This document shows, piece by piece, positions 38,601-51,158 of a stretch of DNA of 64,000 nt. This DNA comes from Hyphochytrium catenoides (lineage: Eukaryota > Protista > Hyphochytriomycota). The DNA is taken from assembly GCA_900088475.1 (NCBI GenBank), contig FLMG01000335.1:124001-188000 (forward strand), in the 5' to 3' direction. The notes under the pieces are model-generated. The model was not told where the DNA came from. It searched no databases and saw nothing but the letters and a program-made list of their open reading frames with translations. The translations under genes and the position numbers were made by a program. The first letter of the stretch is position 1, and each line of letters opens with the position of its first letter.

Positions 38601-40864
38601 AAGGTTACATTTGGCTGACAGCAAGGAAGAAGCGATTGTAGGATCCAAGTCGATACATGGAGGAGATGGCACTGTTTGTGAGCAGAATGAAAGCCACAAT
38701 GAGCTTGGCTCCTTCTACAAAAACCTACTAAGAGTCCGATTTAACGCATTGGCAATCACCCAAACCATTGAAGACACCGAGAAGGTAAGACTGGGGCACT
38801 GGTAGCCAAGTCTTTTCTTTCTCAATTGCCGTCAGAACGCTCTCCTAGTCACCAAGTTCTGTTGCTGGGCAGCAGCACTCGTCGTCCCATCCGTACCTAG
38901 TCGCACACACGAACATAAATATCTTGAAAATCTTTGCTGGTTTTCCTCCTCATGGCTGTTGCTAAGCCGCTTCTCCCATTGACTGTGTTCCCTCAGCCCT
39001 CAAGTGGTATCGTGAATATGCGTCACAGGCGGTTAGGCCTGGGTGTATACCTCCAAGCTTCGTTGGTAAACCACTCCTGCGAGCCAAACACGTTGGTCCG
39101 TTTTGCCGGGAGCACAATTGAGCTAGTAGCGACCGCACCCATAGCTAAAGGTTGACCCTTGCGCAACACGCCGCACCTATTCTCTCCTTCTTACTCCAAG
39201 GACCCGAGGTCCTGGCTCTGCGTCTGACAGTGTCGTGTTTCATAAAATGTTGAGACCTACATCAACCTGCCCAGATAGCAAATGTCATGTTGCCTGTATT
39301 GCGGCTAGGGAGCTCGTTCTCCACGTATTCTCTGTTTTCATGTACATTCCCCAAAAAATTAAGGGGATTCTGTCTGACTTCAGCATGCAGGTACTGAGAT
39401 CTCGATATCCTATGGCCCCACCAGTCGAACCTACAGCTATGAGGCCCGGCAAGCCGCATTATTTGCAGAGTACAACTTCCACTGCAAGTGTAAAACTTGT
39501 GAGGGAGACAAGGGCAAACAGACAGAAAAAGTAAGTCATGCCCTTCCCTTCTTGAAAATTGCCCTCACATGCACCTCCCTCTCTTTCTCTCTTTGGGGTG
39601 TCACTTCAACTCATCTCTCCTCTGGTTCCTGCGTTGTCGATAACGCAGCTATTGCAGCTTTACTGTCCGAGCGGCAGCTGCAACGGATCCATTGAGGCGG
39701 CTGTTACCGGAAGACTAGGAGGTGTGATCATAGGCGCCAATAATGACCGTTGTACATCTTTGACACCAGCTCCGGCGAGGTTCTTCGCCTTTCTCTACAC
39801 ACTACCATTCTCATTCGCCTCTTGCCTATCCGATGTCTTCCTAGGCTGGGGCTCAGCCTCGCCAAGCGGCGCGCTTCCACGATGCCGGTCGTGCCAACAG
39901 GAAATTTCATTCTCTCTTGTGAATCGGCGCGTAGCTGAGTCGCTCAGACTCAAGGAGAGAGGTGACCTTGCTATGGAGAAGGGTAGCATGCGAGAGGTAA
40001 GACTCCTACCACACCAGGAGGAAGGTAGAAGATGATGGCATGGGGAAGCCCGCCGCTGCCGTCTTCAGGTTGTCCACCGATGATCTATTCCTTTGGTGCT
40101 TTTCCTAGAGTTGCCCTATTCTCAACCCACAGGTGTCCTTGCTGCTTACTCGTCGTGGTGTGTAGGCCCTGACAGCTTACAAGGCTTGTATCCAGCTCTT
40201 TATGTCTACCATCAAGCTGGAGACAATTGCTACGGGTTGGGAGGAGCTTCTGAGGCCGCTGGCGGAGTGCTTTGACAGACTCGCAAAAGTACTGGCTGAG
40301 GCTGAGCACTACGGTGACAGCGCGGAGGCCTGTGCAAAGGCTGTCATGCTGTTGGAGAAGCTCTATCAAAGCTCAGACGTCGAACTTGGGCACGAGTACT
40401 TCAAGCTTGCTCAGGTAATGTATGGAGAAGTCATGTACTATAACCCAAGCAGATTTAGCTCTTTGGGAAGGTTAGAGCCCTTCCCCGTATAGGACAAGGA
40501 GCAGGAGGGGCTAGTGGAGGTGGGCTTGCATTGAAGGCTTTATAGCTAACGTGACCTTAGCCATCCCAAGGCTTGGAAGGATAGGGAGTGCTTAAGGACG
40601 ATGGACACATAAGGGAGTGGTCAACTAAATAGGTGGTACTAGAGAGAAGGGAGACTAGTCCACTGCCTCGGAGAGGGCAAAGGATTGCCATAGCGTGATC
40701 ATTGGTCTAAGAGGATGGTTGTTCTGCAGCTGTACTTCAACGGTGGACAGTTAGGGCAAGCACGCAAGTGGGCTGCGAAATGCCGGAGTACCCTCGGTCC
40801 AGTCCTTCCAGAGCCCGACGACAGGATGAAGGAGCTTCAGCAGATGGAAGAGTTTTTCCGCTGA
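35615..40864 (+). CDS. SMYD4-like TPR-SET-MYND lysine methyltransferase with an inserted GNAT-like domain
   Basis: N-terminal TPRs; GRGLMSLEVIEPGQVLLREKP (SET-N); MYND CFCC..CEYC..YCSTVC..HSFEC; ASLVNHSCEPN; EISISYG; post-SET YNFHCKCKTC; C-terminal TPR ELGHEYFKLAQ|LYFNG. Confidence 0.85.
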
Positions 40865-40901
40865 CCCACCCCTTTCTATAGCGTTCCCATCAGTCCTCTC
40901 T

Positions 40902-41327
40902 CTACTTCAAATCTTCGTCGTCAAAATCGTCCTCGAAAGCTGAAGGAAAGTTAGAGGAAATGAGAACTCTGTTGGCGAAAGGCCGCGGACAGACAGAGGC
41001 TGAAAGGCAGAAATAGAATAAACATTGCGAATCTTTGTTTCTCAGAATCCAATGGTGCGCTCCTACGTCTTACCGTTAAAGAAGTCTTGATGAATAATAT
41101 TCTCGATTGCAGTCTCCGTGTAACCTTCATCCACAAAGTCTTGAAGGAGTACTTTCAGCTACATGTGACTAGCCTTGGAGCAAGGGGAAGGGGAAGACAC
41201 CAGTGGTAGGAGCAGACAAACCTGGTAGGAGCTCTTCGTCGCCTTGCTGCATCATCATCCTGTCGTCCCTATCTCGGGGTGGCATCATGAGCCGTGACCG
41301 CCGACTGCTCTTCTCCATGGGCTCCAT
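40902..41327 (-). CDS. COPS9: COP9 signalosome subunit 9 / CSNAP-like small acidic protein (~69 aa, 3 exons)
   Basis: Splices to ...DEELLP|DFVDEGYTETAIENIIHQDFFN|AFEDDFDDEDLK*, matching the CSNAP C-terminal H-x-DFFNxFEDxFDDxD motif. The start Met is uncertain. Confidence 0.8.
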
Positions 41328-41856
41328 CTCCCCAATATCAGAGTTATGTGTATCTTTAGCACGGAAGGGCTGCACTAGGACGCCCTGCAAGAGTCTTCGC
41401 TGAGGCTTTGTCTAGATGTGAGTGCGGGCTTGGCTGTGGCGGCAGTGCAATCCTGAAAGGCAGGGAGTGAGCGGGGTATCTGATGCTCAAGCAAAGGAAC
41501 ATGAAGCCGTCAAATGAAGATCTACAATCTCTCAAAATTGGTACCTCCGTAAATCTCTGGAGGCTCAGAACATCATGATCATGAGAATATTGATTTTAGG
41601 CTTACTCAACCTCTTATTAGTAGTATCTATTAACAGCGGTAAATGTAATACGAATATCCTTGGACAAATTAGAGACATCGGGAAGCAAATCTTCAAAAGT
41701 TCATGCCAGATCTGTTCTTCCTCAGCGAAGAGGTAAAAGGCTCACTGCGCCCCATGGGCTTGACGGCCAGCCCAAGCGATAGCACATCCATGTCATGTGA
41801 CAGGCACTGCTAAGAGAGCTGGTGGTGCAATAGAAGGGAGCTCGGTTGACTGGCAC

Positions 41857-42783
41857 ATGGCCATCTGCGTGGAGTGTCGAGAGCAGGTGGACAAGACGTA
41901 CAAAGTGTACCCGGGAGGAAGCATCCAGCTCGTGAAATGCGTAAGTTCAGATCGACAGCTATATTCCTTAGGAGTTACGGCGCATCTCATAGCTCTCGCC
42001 TAGGAGAAATGCCGCAAAGTGACGGACAAGTATGTGGAGTATGAGTGGGTCCTCATCTTTCTCGACATTGTGCTGCACAAGGTCCAAGTGTATCGGCATC
42101 TATTGTTCAACAGAGGCATTACTGTTTCTCTGGTAAGTTACTTTCTGAAGCGCAGGAGGCTAAGCGCTAGAAGGACTCTCGTTGACCTCAATAACGCATT
42201 TAATCCGTCAGAGCTTTATCCTCAAGAGTTGGCTACTCCTTGTCTTGGCTGGGGCGTACAAGGATTACGCTGTCACGCGGTCTGAGAAGAAAGAACTGCT
42301 TATCGACGTTTTTCGAGACCCAGCTTTTCAGTCCCGTGTTCTCGTGTCCACAGTGGGCTCAATCGCTTTCATACTCGTCCTTGTTGCTTGCCATGAACGG
42401 CTGCTGCATCTCTCAGAGCTAGAGGCACTAGTTGGCAACCTGAAAGAGCGAGTGGGCCTTCTGACCGCTGGAATACTAATCAGTTCGTCTTTTCGTCTCC
42501 TGGCGCTCTTGGAAGTGATCTGGAGCTACCACTTCACGCAGCTGCACATCATAGACGTTCTCACTTTCTCCTCAAACCTGACGCTGATGAAGGTAAGTAT
42601 CTACCAAGCGACGTACGTGAAGCGCTTTCATACTGCCCACTAAACCATGCTCCTTTCCTATTGCAGTCGCTCGCAAGGGATAGGCTCTATCTATTCAGCT
42701 GTAGCATAGTGCTTGCCGCTCTAGTTAGGCTTATGGCAGAGTTTACCACTACGGCTTTGCTAGCTAGAAGTTGGATCCTATAG
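41857..42783 (+). CDS. ARV1: Arv1 family ER sterol/lipid homeostasis protein (4 exons)
   Basis: MAICVEC...IQLVKC|EKCRKVTDKYVEYEWVLIFLDIVLHKVQVYRHLLFN (Arv1 homology domain), followed by hydrophobic segments. Confidence 0.92.
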
Positions 42784-42979
42784 CAGCGAAATTCCCCGCT
42801 ACTCTGCAGGCACAAGTGTCGCAATGTCTACAAGTTCAAAGCTGCATGGAAAGCGTTGCTGCTCTCCTGCTCTTCCACTTCTTCCATTGGTGCTTGTTCT
42901 TTAGCGCCATCCGCAGTTCGGTGTGAGCTTCTGCTGGCTGAAGTACGCTCACTCGAGGCCGCTGTTTCTAGCAACTGGC

Positions 42980-44682
42980 TTAGCTCCTTTCTCCTGTTGT
43001 AAGATAGCGCTTCACACCTTCTTCCAGGCGAAATATATGGTCATCAGGCTCTCCCATTGCTCGTAAACTGCAAGCATGGTGGTCGAGTGAGAGACGGGCG
43101 GGATGATGGTAAAGAGAACAAAAGAATGGAACGGGAAGTTAAGCGTCCACACCTGTCAGCCAGCATGAATAAGTACTCCTTGTTTTCTCCGCTTGGACCT
43201 CTACTCCGAGCGATCTTGCAAGACGATGAGAAGACATGATGACAGAAAAAGGAAAGAGAGTTACACCCTTCTACTTCATCGAGTGTCTGATAGGGCTTTG
43301 CGACGTTGTTCATAACCCTCTTTTTCTCTCAGCGTCTTAGTCTCAAACTACCGCCTCTCGAGAGTGAATCATCGCTTTCGCCATTGGGCGGGCTTCACTA
43401 GCCCCTACTATACCTTGCATGGCGACTTACATGTGCGACCATCTCTTTGAATGGTGCTGGCCCTATGAAGTCAGGATTCTCCGGAGTGCCGGCAAACACT
43501 AGTGCTCGCCTAGTATTTCCGTCCGTACAGTGCACATCCACGAAGTCTCTCTCATATCCAGCCTAAAGTTAGGACCGAAGAGAAGGAAATAAACCTCGCT
43601 GCAGCATTTTGACGTTCCTTCTTTACGCCCACCTTGCACTCTTCCAGCTCCTCTCTCCTCTTCTATAGCCCTAGTACATCTTCCCTTTTTGAATTCATAT
43701 ATGTTCACGCCTTCTTCCTTCCCCTACGTTGCCTGCCTTACTGTCGCACCTTTTCTCTGTGGTCCAGATACGCTAGCACGCGATCCACCTCTGAGGGAAT
43801 AACTTTATAGACCTTTCCCCAAGTGATAGGCTCTTCACTTAAGTTTTCATAGTCTTGGAAGCCCGAGGCCAATCTTACGAACTCTACATTCCGGACTAAC
43901 GTTACCACGCGCCCCGGGGCCTCTGGAATGCCTTTAACAAGTGAGGCATACGGAGAGGCACAAAAGCACGAGTGTCAGCATGGGAGCTAGGATTGACTGA
44001 AGACAGAGAGATAGTGAGCTCCACTACAGACCACAGCACAAGAATTTGATAGAGGGTCAGGACCGCAAGCGCTTGCACGCACCTCTATGGTCTGGGCTGC
44101 CTTGCCAGAAGCGGCGATGCCATCCCTGCGATAGCGAGAGAGGGCGGCGGTTAATTTTGTCGGAGGGTGACACACAGTCTTTACTCTGATGATAGGGTTA
44201 AGGGCAGAATGACCCACTCAAAGAGAGAAACAGATGAAGCGACAAAGATAGCTACGAGTGATCTAGTCATGCCAGGTTGCCTACTTTGACATATCCTTTG
44301 TGACAAGCATCAGAGGGGAAATCGGGTCGCCACACTGCAGGAAGAACCTGAGCAAGGAGTCACCCGTCATCAGTACCAAACAAAGAGATACCTAGAGATC
44401 CATCTGACCGTCACAGGAGACTGGTAAGTACTCATCGGTCTTCCGGCAGCCAAGGACACCAAACGCACTTACAGCCAAAAATCCTACGTCAAGCCGCACA
44501 TTCGCCAATGGGAAATGCCAGCATCACAGAGAAGGTGTTCCTCAGTGCCACTGACTAGTTAGGGCGATACATAGCTCGTACCAACAATTCTGATGGTCGA
44601 TAGAAACTGCATCCTCTTCTATGACCTTTCGATGGGCTTCAGCCTCCTGCTGAGTGAGCGTCTGGGTGATTTCTTCCGACAT
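42980..44682 (-). CDS. CHAC: ChaC glutathione-specific gamma-glutamylcyclotransferase (multi-exon, two microexons)
   Basis: CWIFGYGSLVWRPDFP, GWHRRFWQGSPDHR|GIPEAPGRVVTLV, IARSRGPSGENKEYLFMLAD, LRAMGEPDDHIFRLE. Confidence 0.92.
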
Positions 44683-45460
44683 CCTCCTCAATATCGCAAA
44701 AGTTCTTTCTAATCCTTCTGATTCCAGCGTCCTGCTACTTCGAGGCTTTGCTCCTTGTCGCGGTTATTCCTTACGCTTCCTGCCTCTCACCGCAAGCACA
44801 CATTGAGGATGTTGAACGAGCTCGTAGGTAGGTAGCGGGCTAGGATGAGACTGCGGCTGTCCTCCCTGAACAACACAGGCAAAGAATTACAGATCAGTGA
44901 AGATGTGACAGTGTAGGCAAATGCGCAAATATTGGGACCTCAATCGTCACCATATCACTATTTCAAACTACGGCTCCTACCTTTGGCAATAGAGCCTAGA
45001 GTCAATATGCGCTGATGAAATATCGCGATGATGTTAGGTCTAACTTGTCATCAGTTCAGTAAGTAGAGAACGAACTTGCTCACTTTCTTCCTCCATCGTG
45101 ATCAGCGCGATCGGATGCTGACCTCACCAGACCAGACCTCGAGACAAGCTCAGACATAGAGCTCTAGCTCGGCAAGCTCCAGCCAGACGGAAGGTTTGAA
45201 GATAGAGAGCAAGAGGTCCCTAGACATGAGGAACTGCAGTCCTCCTTAGGTCTAAGGGTCGTTACCATACTGTTCTCTCTGCGACGGTCTATTGAGGGCA
45301 AACCAGTGGGAGGCAAGTGCTGAGAGGACAGCTCAAGGGAAAAGTCCTCTACATCTAAGGTCCAATATAGTCACTTGGGGAGAGCGAATGTGGCTGAGGC
45401 ACCATTAAGCTCAGATCTGGCATTATTCTTCCAGCACTGCTTAAAGCCAGATGACAGGCG

Positions 45461-46722
45461 ATGGATGATGAGGTGGCCAGAGTAGTCAAGAGAATTCTAA
45501 AGGAGAATCGTGAGTGTGCCTGCGATCTCCACAATCCTTAGGCGTCGACGCTTGTTGCTAACTGTCCTTGCCCTCTCCGACCTTCCTCTATCTAACTCTC
45601 TTCCAAACGCAGAACGCCTTGCTCAAATCCTCCCATCTACGGCAGTTGCTATTGGCGTCCCTCATGAAGACGCTCGATGGCGCCGTCGGAGTCGCCCCAT
45701 GGAAGAAGAGGAGGAAGAGGAGGAACTTCCATTGGCAAGGATCCCAGAGAGTCAGCCAGAGTTTGCATCCACGGGTCCAGAAATGCCAAGCAATCTTGGG
45801 AAGAGGAAGCGTGGGACAGTGGAGCGAATGGTCAACCTTAAGGAATATGACTGCCGCATCTGCCTCTCACCCATGACGCGGACGCAGGTGCGAATGCCTT
45901 GCCCTCCCCGGACCCCCAATGTTTGTTGGGAGCCTTCTGTCTATTTTTTAGTATGATCTTGCTAGTGCACTCTCAGGAACTAATGTCTCTCGGAGGGGAT
46001 CATCCTCCTCAATCCATCTGATGTCCTTCTGTGGCCTTTGTGAAGATCCTCTTTGGTCTCTGAACTGTCGACCCTCTATGTGCCTTGATCCGAAGTCATC
46101 CTGAGAATAATCATCCTCTCTGTATGTCAAGGTGTCCATTCTAGTCCCTTGCATGCACCGCTTCTGCTTCTCCTGTCTTCGAAAGTGGTTCAAGGGAAAT
46201 TCAACACACTGTCCGTTATGCAAGGTTTCGGGAGAGGTCATCCTGTACCATATCTTCTCTGAAAGGGACTATAAACTGAAGATTCTCACTAGCGCTCCCA
46301 GAACAACAGAGAGCCACTTAGAGTGGGATCCTGCTCCTGAAGACCCCATCAAGCCAGCTCCACTGGGGCACCATGATACCGGACATGGTGACTCTTCGGC
46401 TGGCGCTTCTTCTCCTTCCTCTACCACTCAGGCGATTAAGGTCTGGTTCTCTTTAGACGGCGACATTTGGACGACAGTTGAGCAGAGCAATATTACCAGG
46501 CACCGCCTTGGTCTTCCACCACTACGAGTCAGAGAAGGCGAAACGTGCCAGCACAGAATACTGACGAAGCATCTGCAAGTGCCATCGTTTGAACTCTATG
46601 TCAGGCCCGATGGGGAGACGTCACTGTCTATATCAGAAAGTAACCGGCTGAGGGCTGCGTTAGGGCTTCGACCCCTACAGAGGGGGGCATTGCGCAGCAT
46701 GAAAGGCTGCCTGGGGGTTTAA
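45461..46722 (+). CDS. C3HC4 RING-finger protein with two C-terminal HIND-like motifs (3 exons)
   Basis: CRICLSPMTRTQ|VSILVPCMHRFCFSCLRKW..HCPLCK; C-terminal TTVEQSNITRHRLGLPPL and LSISESNRLRAALGLRPL; putative NLS GKRKR. Confidence 0.8.
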
Positions 46723-46914
46723 CCAAGGGTATAACATTTCCCCAAGCTGAAGCTGGCCTTCAGCTAAAAGCACTTGTGACCGTTCTACCCTGTATTCTAG
46801 TAAAGCATCCTTCCTCTTGATGCCCAGGTGAAGACGCTAAAGATGACGAAGTGCATTCTCTAGAGAAATTTGAGTCGTATCGCTTTCGTTGCATGAAATT
46901 CTGGCCCACTTGAG

Positions 46915-48999
46915 CTATCTGCGAAGTGACGGGGGCATTCTAAGTGGGAACTCTGGAATTTTCACGTCGAACTCCCTTCCTCTTGAGTCTATAACTATCA
47001 GACCGCCCTCGGCTGTCCCCTCCGGTGTGCTTATTTCCACCCCTGATGCATATTCAAACATCTGTGAAGGTGCTAGCGTTGGCGTATATCCCACAATGCC
47101 TTTCGCCTACGAAAGACACATAGTGTTGGGAGCAGGTTGGTGATCAATGAGTGATTCGGCTCGGTCACATATGGTAAAGATGGCGCACAGTAGAGGAGAA
47201 GAGAGGAGGGAGATGACCGGCCGTTGTTGGGATGGCCGAGGAAGCAGGAACGGAAGAAAGCGACGTAAGGGGGGTTGGAAATGTGACCACCTAGAGAAAA
47301 GAAGAGAGACGGACATAGAAGCGGGGCCGAAACTGCTACGTCTAGGCCTTGTGTCAGTCCCTCAGCCCTACTACTTATAACGTCACCTCACCTGTGGGTG
47401 GTCTCTTTGCACTTGTAGGTGCACTGTCCCATCCTGCAACTTGAAAGTCCAAAAGCGGCCAAGAACCTGAACCTGTTCTTCCCCTACATGAGTAGTTAGA
47501 GAGAACAGTGAGGGGCAATGCCAATCGTTCTTTCGGCATATAGTTCTGCGACATAGAGTGAACAAGCGACAGCCAGAAATCTGCAACGTGAAAGCACCAG
47601 AGCGCAAGCAAAAAAAGAGCTAGGCCCAATGGAAAGGCGGCTACCAAAGAACTTGAACATGTGTAGCAAGTTTGAACAGTGAATGCCCCACGCTGAAGGA
47701 GGGCGAGTTCGGGGCGCCATTTGTTACCTAAGTTCTCGATGGTGATTCTATACATAAAGACAAAACGCTTGTTCCTGATCTGTGACTGCGGGAGAAATAG
47801 ACTCGTTGCTTCAATCTTTACACCGCAGGTAACTGCCGCTGCAGCAGAAAAGACCGTCAAGATTGCACCAATATGCAAGGGAGATGCTTGGAGCTGATGC
47901 CTAAAAGATCCGTAGGAGCCATAGCCATCCCATGGTAACCAGAGCCACTAGAGCCGGCTTGGAGAAGCAGAAAAGGCTAGCCATCTCTCTTGGGGTAAGG
48001 AAAAGAAAGGACGCTGCATAGGTAGCATGTAACATGGGACGACGCCTCACGAAGGTCCTTACCCCTTGTAACCTCTGCTATCTGGATCTGATCGGCAAAA
48101 GCTCTGCAGGCACTGCCCAGGCATCAGTTCTGAGCGTCTCGCAACCAAGTATGGAGTTACACATAAATTACCTAATTGCATTATCTATCCTTTTGTCGGC
48201 CTGTGGAGGCAAGTAAGCAGAAGAAGAAGTGGAGGTGAGCCCTCTGCAATCCTCCTCATCAATCGCGGTCCCCGCTCGCTGACCTTTTCGCCTTCTCTCT
48301 CCGTCCGAAATTCCTCTCTGATGTAACCCTCAAGGTCTAGGCTGCCCTCCGCACTGCTGTGGCGTCTGATAAGCTCTTTATCTAGGCTGAGGCTCTTGTA
48401 GCTCCTGAAGAGTGGCCACGCAACAATGAGTACTGAACGGGCAACTGCAACATAGATAATAAAAAGAGGGAGAGGCAAAGGGCCACAGAGAAGGGGAGTT
48501 TAGACAAGGTGGAGTTACTAAGGAAGCAGGAAATGATTCATTGGCCACGCGGATAGGGTGGGGGAGCTGATATAATATATGAGACCGAGCAATCTGCGTC
48601 CAGGAGTTTGCTTTAGGGTAAGCAGGGAGCAGGGTAAGCTTATGCCAAAGACAGAATGAAAACTCACTTCTCTACAGTTATGAAGTCTGGTTCACGTTTG
48701 CGGGGCCCTCCAGCACCCCATGTCTCTCTGAGAGCGCGGACATTAGAGATAAATGGTCAGTGTTGGAGCTGCGACGGCGGCGTATTCAGCTGATCTTACT
48801 CTCTTATAGGCTCCCTGATTCTGAAGTTTGGAATCTTCCTCACAGCTGTGCCACAGGGTCAGGTGCGAAAGAGGGTCATAAGCAATCTCACACGTTAAGA
48901 TGGGCGTCATGAAGGATTGACCGCATTGCTGGGATTCCTACCTCTCGATTGTCTTAAAAGCAGCCGATAGAGCGGCGGTACGAGAGAGTTATGCGACAT
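46915..48999 (-). CDS. ApaG-domain protein (multi-exon)
   Basis: GVKIEATSLFLP..RFVFMYRITIENLG|EEQVQVLGRFWTF..|AKGIVGYTPTLAPSQMFEYASGVEISTPEGTAEG..FDVKIPEFPL. The N-terminus MSHNSLVPPLYRLLLRQSR is tentative. Confidence 0.85.
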
Positions 49000-49893
49000 A
49001 ACTTGTGATGATCTTCTTCTGTCTCGTCAGAGCCAACCCGAAAGCTTTCTACATTCACCCCACGACACTGGCCTATAAGGTGAAGCAGGCCCTCTTTGTT
49101 GATGGAGAGTTCGATGCTAATGAATCATGAAGTTTCTTGAGCTCATCGCGGCTTCAGAACTCGCGAGCAACTAACACATCTATTCCAACCCCAGAGCTCC
49201 CCCTGGACCGGGCTCTTCTTAGAAGCAATGTTCCCCCTTCAGACCTCGAACATACTCTTTCTTCGCAGGTGGGCCAGCCCATCTTGACACACAAAAGATG
49301 ATGATAATGTGACTGCTGGACCAACGTTCTTATCATCTTCTGGAGGATGCATCTGTCCGCCTCTCTCTTCGAAACCGTGAGCGCTTCTACGTATTTATAC
49401 GCTGAGTGCCGAGAAGAGTAGTGAAGAGCTACGGGCCGAGAGCTATAGCATTTTTATATTCCGTGGTCACAGGAAGAGGACACTGTGATAGGGAAAATAG
49501 CTACATACCGGGCGTCAATGGATACACTGCCCAGCATCATTCAATATGCAGCTACTTCACACTCCTCCTCCCCGTCATGCGTGGTTGATTAGAAATTTCC
49601 AATTTGGTCTCTCACAACGGCAGGCATTGCCTTGGCAGTGACGACATCAAAGAATGACTTGAATATCGTTTTCTGTCGACCCCTTACTGCAAGCCTGCTT
49701 TGTGCCATCATAAATGTGCCACTGAGTGCAAGTACTAAAGAATCGCCTCGTCCCAAGCCCCTGTTGACGATATAAACAGTAAGCTCGCCTAATCGTGGAC
49801 TGTCATAATGCTACAGAAGTCATAGCCTTCGCGCCCTGTACTCTGGGTAATCCACGCACTACGTGGGTCATGAATATTAGACCTCTCGAACAC

Positions 49894-51158
49894 TCAGCTC
49901 CCAGAGAACTCCTGCTCATAGCACGAAAACTCCGGCCGGTGGAGGATCTGAGAGAGTTTATCCGGGCGATAAGCAGCTAAGTTTTCCTGTAGACTCCTTG
50001 AGATCCGTAGCAGGTCCGATATGCATGTTTCGGCCTGGCATGGCAAGTGGAAGGTTAGAAGAAAGCTCAGCCACGAAATAGTGATTGTCCAATCATCGAA
50101 TCCTACCCGCTGTTGAGGCGTCTCGGTCTTCCTCTTCTTGTCTTTGAGTCTTACGCAGCATTGCGCATCGTACTTGGCAAGTTCTCTTTGCAGCTCATCC
50201 TATTGTTGAATTGTATATGGAGGGACCGCAGCAACAATGGCAGTCGGCATCAATCAAGCCTCTCAAATTCAGTCCGACGGAGAGTTGTACCTGAAGCTTG
50301 GTAAGCCTTCTGACGTGGAAGTCCAGCCAACATATAGTCTCTGCGCTTCCCTGTAACAAAAGAACTTGAGGTCAACCAGGTTTGGCACGACGGCTATTCT
50401 AGCTTCAACTTCAGGTCTTTCAGTTGTCTCTTTGACTAGGGTATTTTTGACCCACAACGCTACCGGACCTGCATCAGGGTTGTCACCCTGCCAAGGATCT
50501 CTAGTCGAGCTCCAAGATGAAGGTCCCAGCGAGTGATGGTGCTGCCGTCCCGCCTCTGCAGGGATGAGAGTGAAAGCGAGACGACTTGTTCCTGGCCATC
50601 AAGCGCGATCTGGAGAAAGATTTACAGAATCAAGAAAGATCAGTCCTCAGCTAATAAGGATGAGAGCAAAGGTCAACAAGCTAAATGCTTCTTACCTCAA
50701 GCATATCGGTGCCGAGGTCGTACTGAAAGTCCAGAGTACGTCGTTGAAGCTTTCCAACCTTGGTATCCTCATTCCAAGACGAAGTAAATCGCAGTCTTTT
50801 CACTGAGCTGACATCGAAGTCAGTCGCAGATGAGGGCATCGTGACGGCCGTGTATCGGCGTGGCTCCAACTATTGAGAGATCAGAAAGACCATACCGTCC
50901 TACTCTAAACACCTGAGAAGCTTCCGTAAGTAAGGGTCAGCCTCTTGTACAACGATGAGGTCTAATGCAAAGCAGGCTGTCTTCTCCTAGCCGCTTAACA
51001 AACTAGTTAAGGTCCAGCTCATTACCCAGCGGGACACGCTGAAGGATGCTCCTGAACTTGGTCAAGCAGCTCCTCCATCCTTCGCCACCTGCCCTGTTCA
51101 GCAGCACTAGAGAGTTCGGACCACTCAATGAGGGTTGAGCAGCAGCAAGGCCCATACT
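49894..51158 (-). CDS. Hypothetical protein with a DM10-like domain and short coiled coil (multi-exon; start uncertain)
   Basis: RLRFTSSWNEDT..RRTLDFQYDLGTDMLE|IALDG..ITRWDLHLGARLEILGRVTTLMQ resembles the DM10 pattern of NDK7/EFHC proteins; GT-AG junctions keep frame. Confidence 0.55.
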
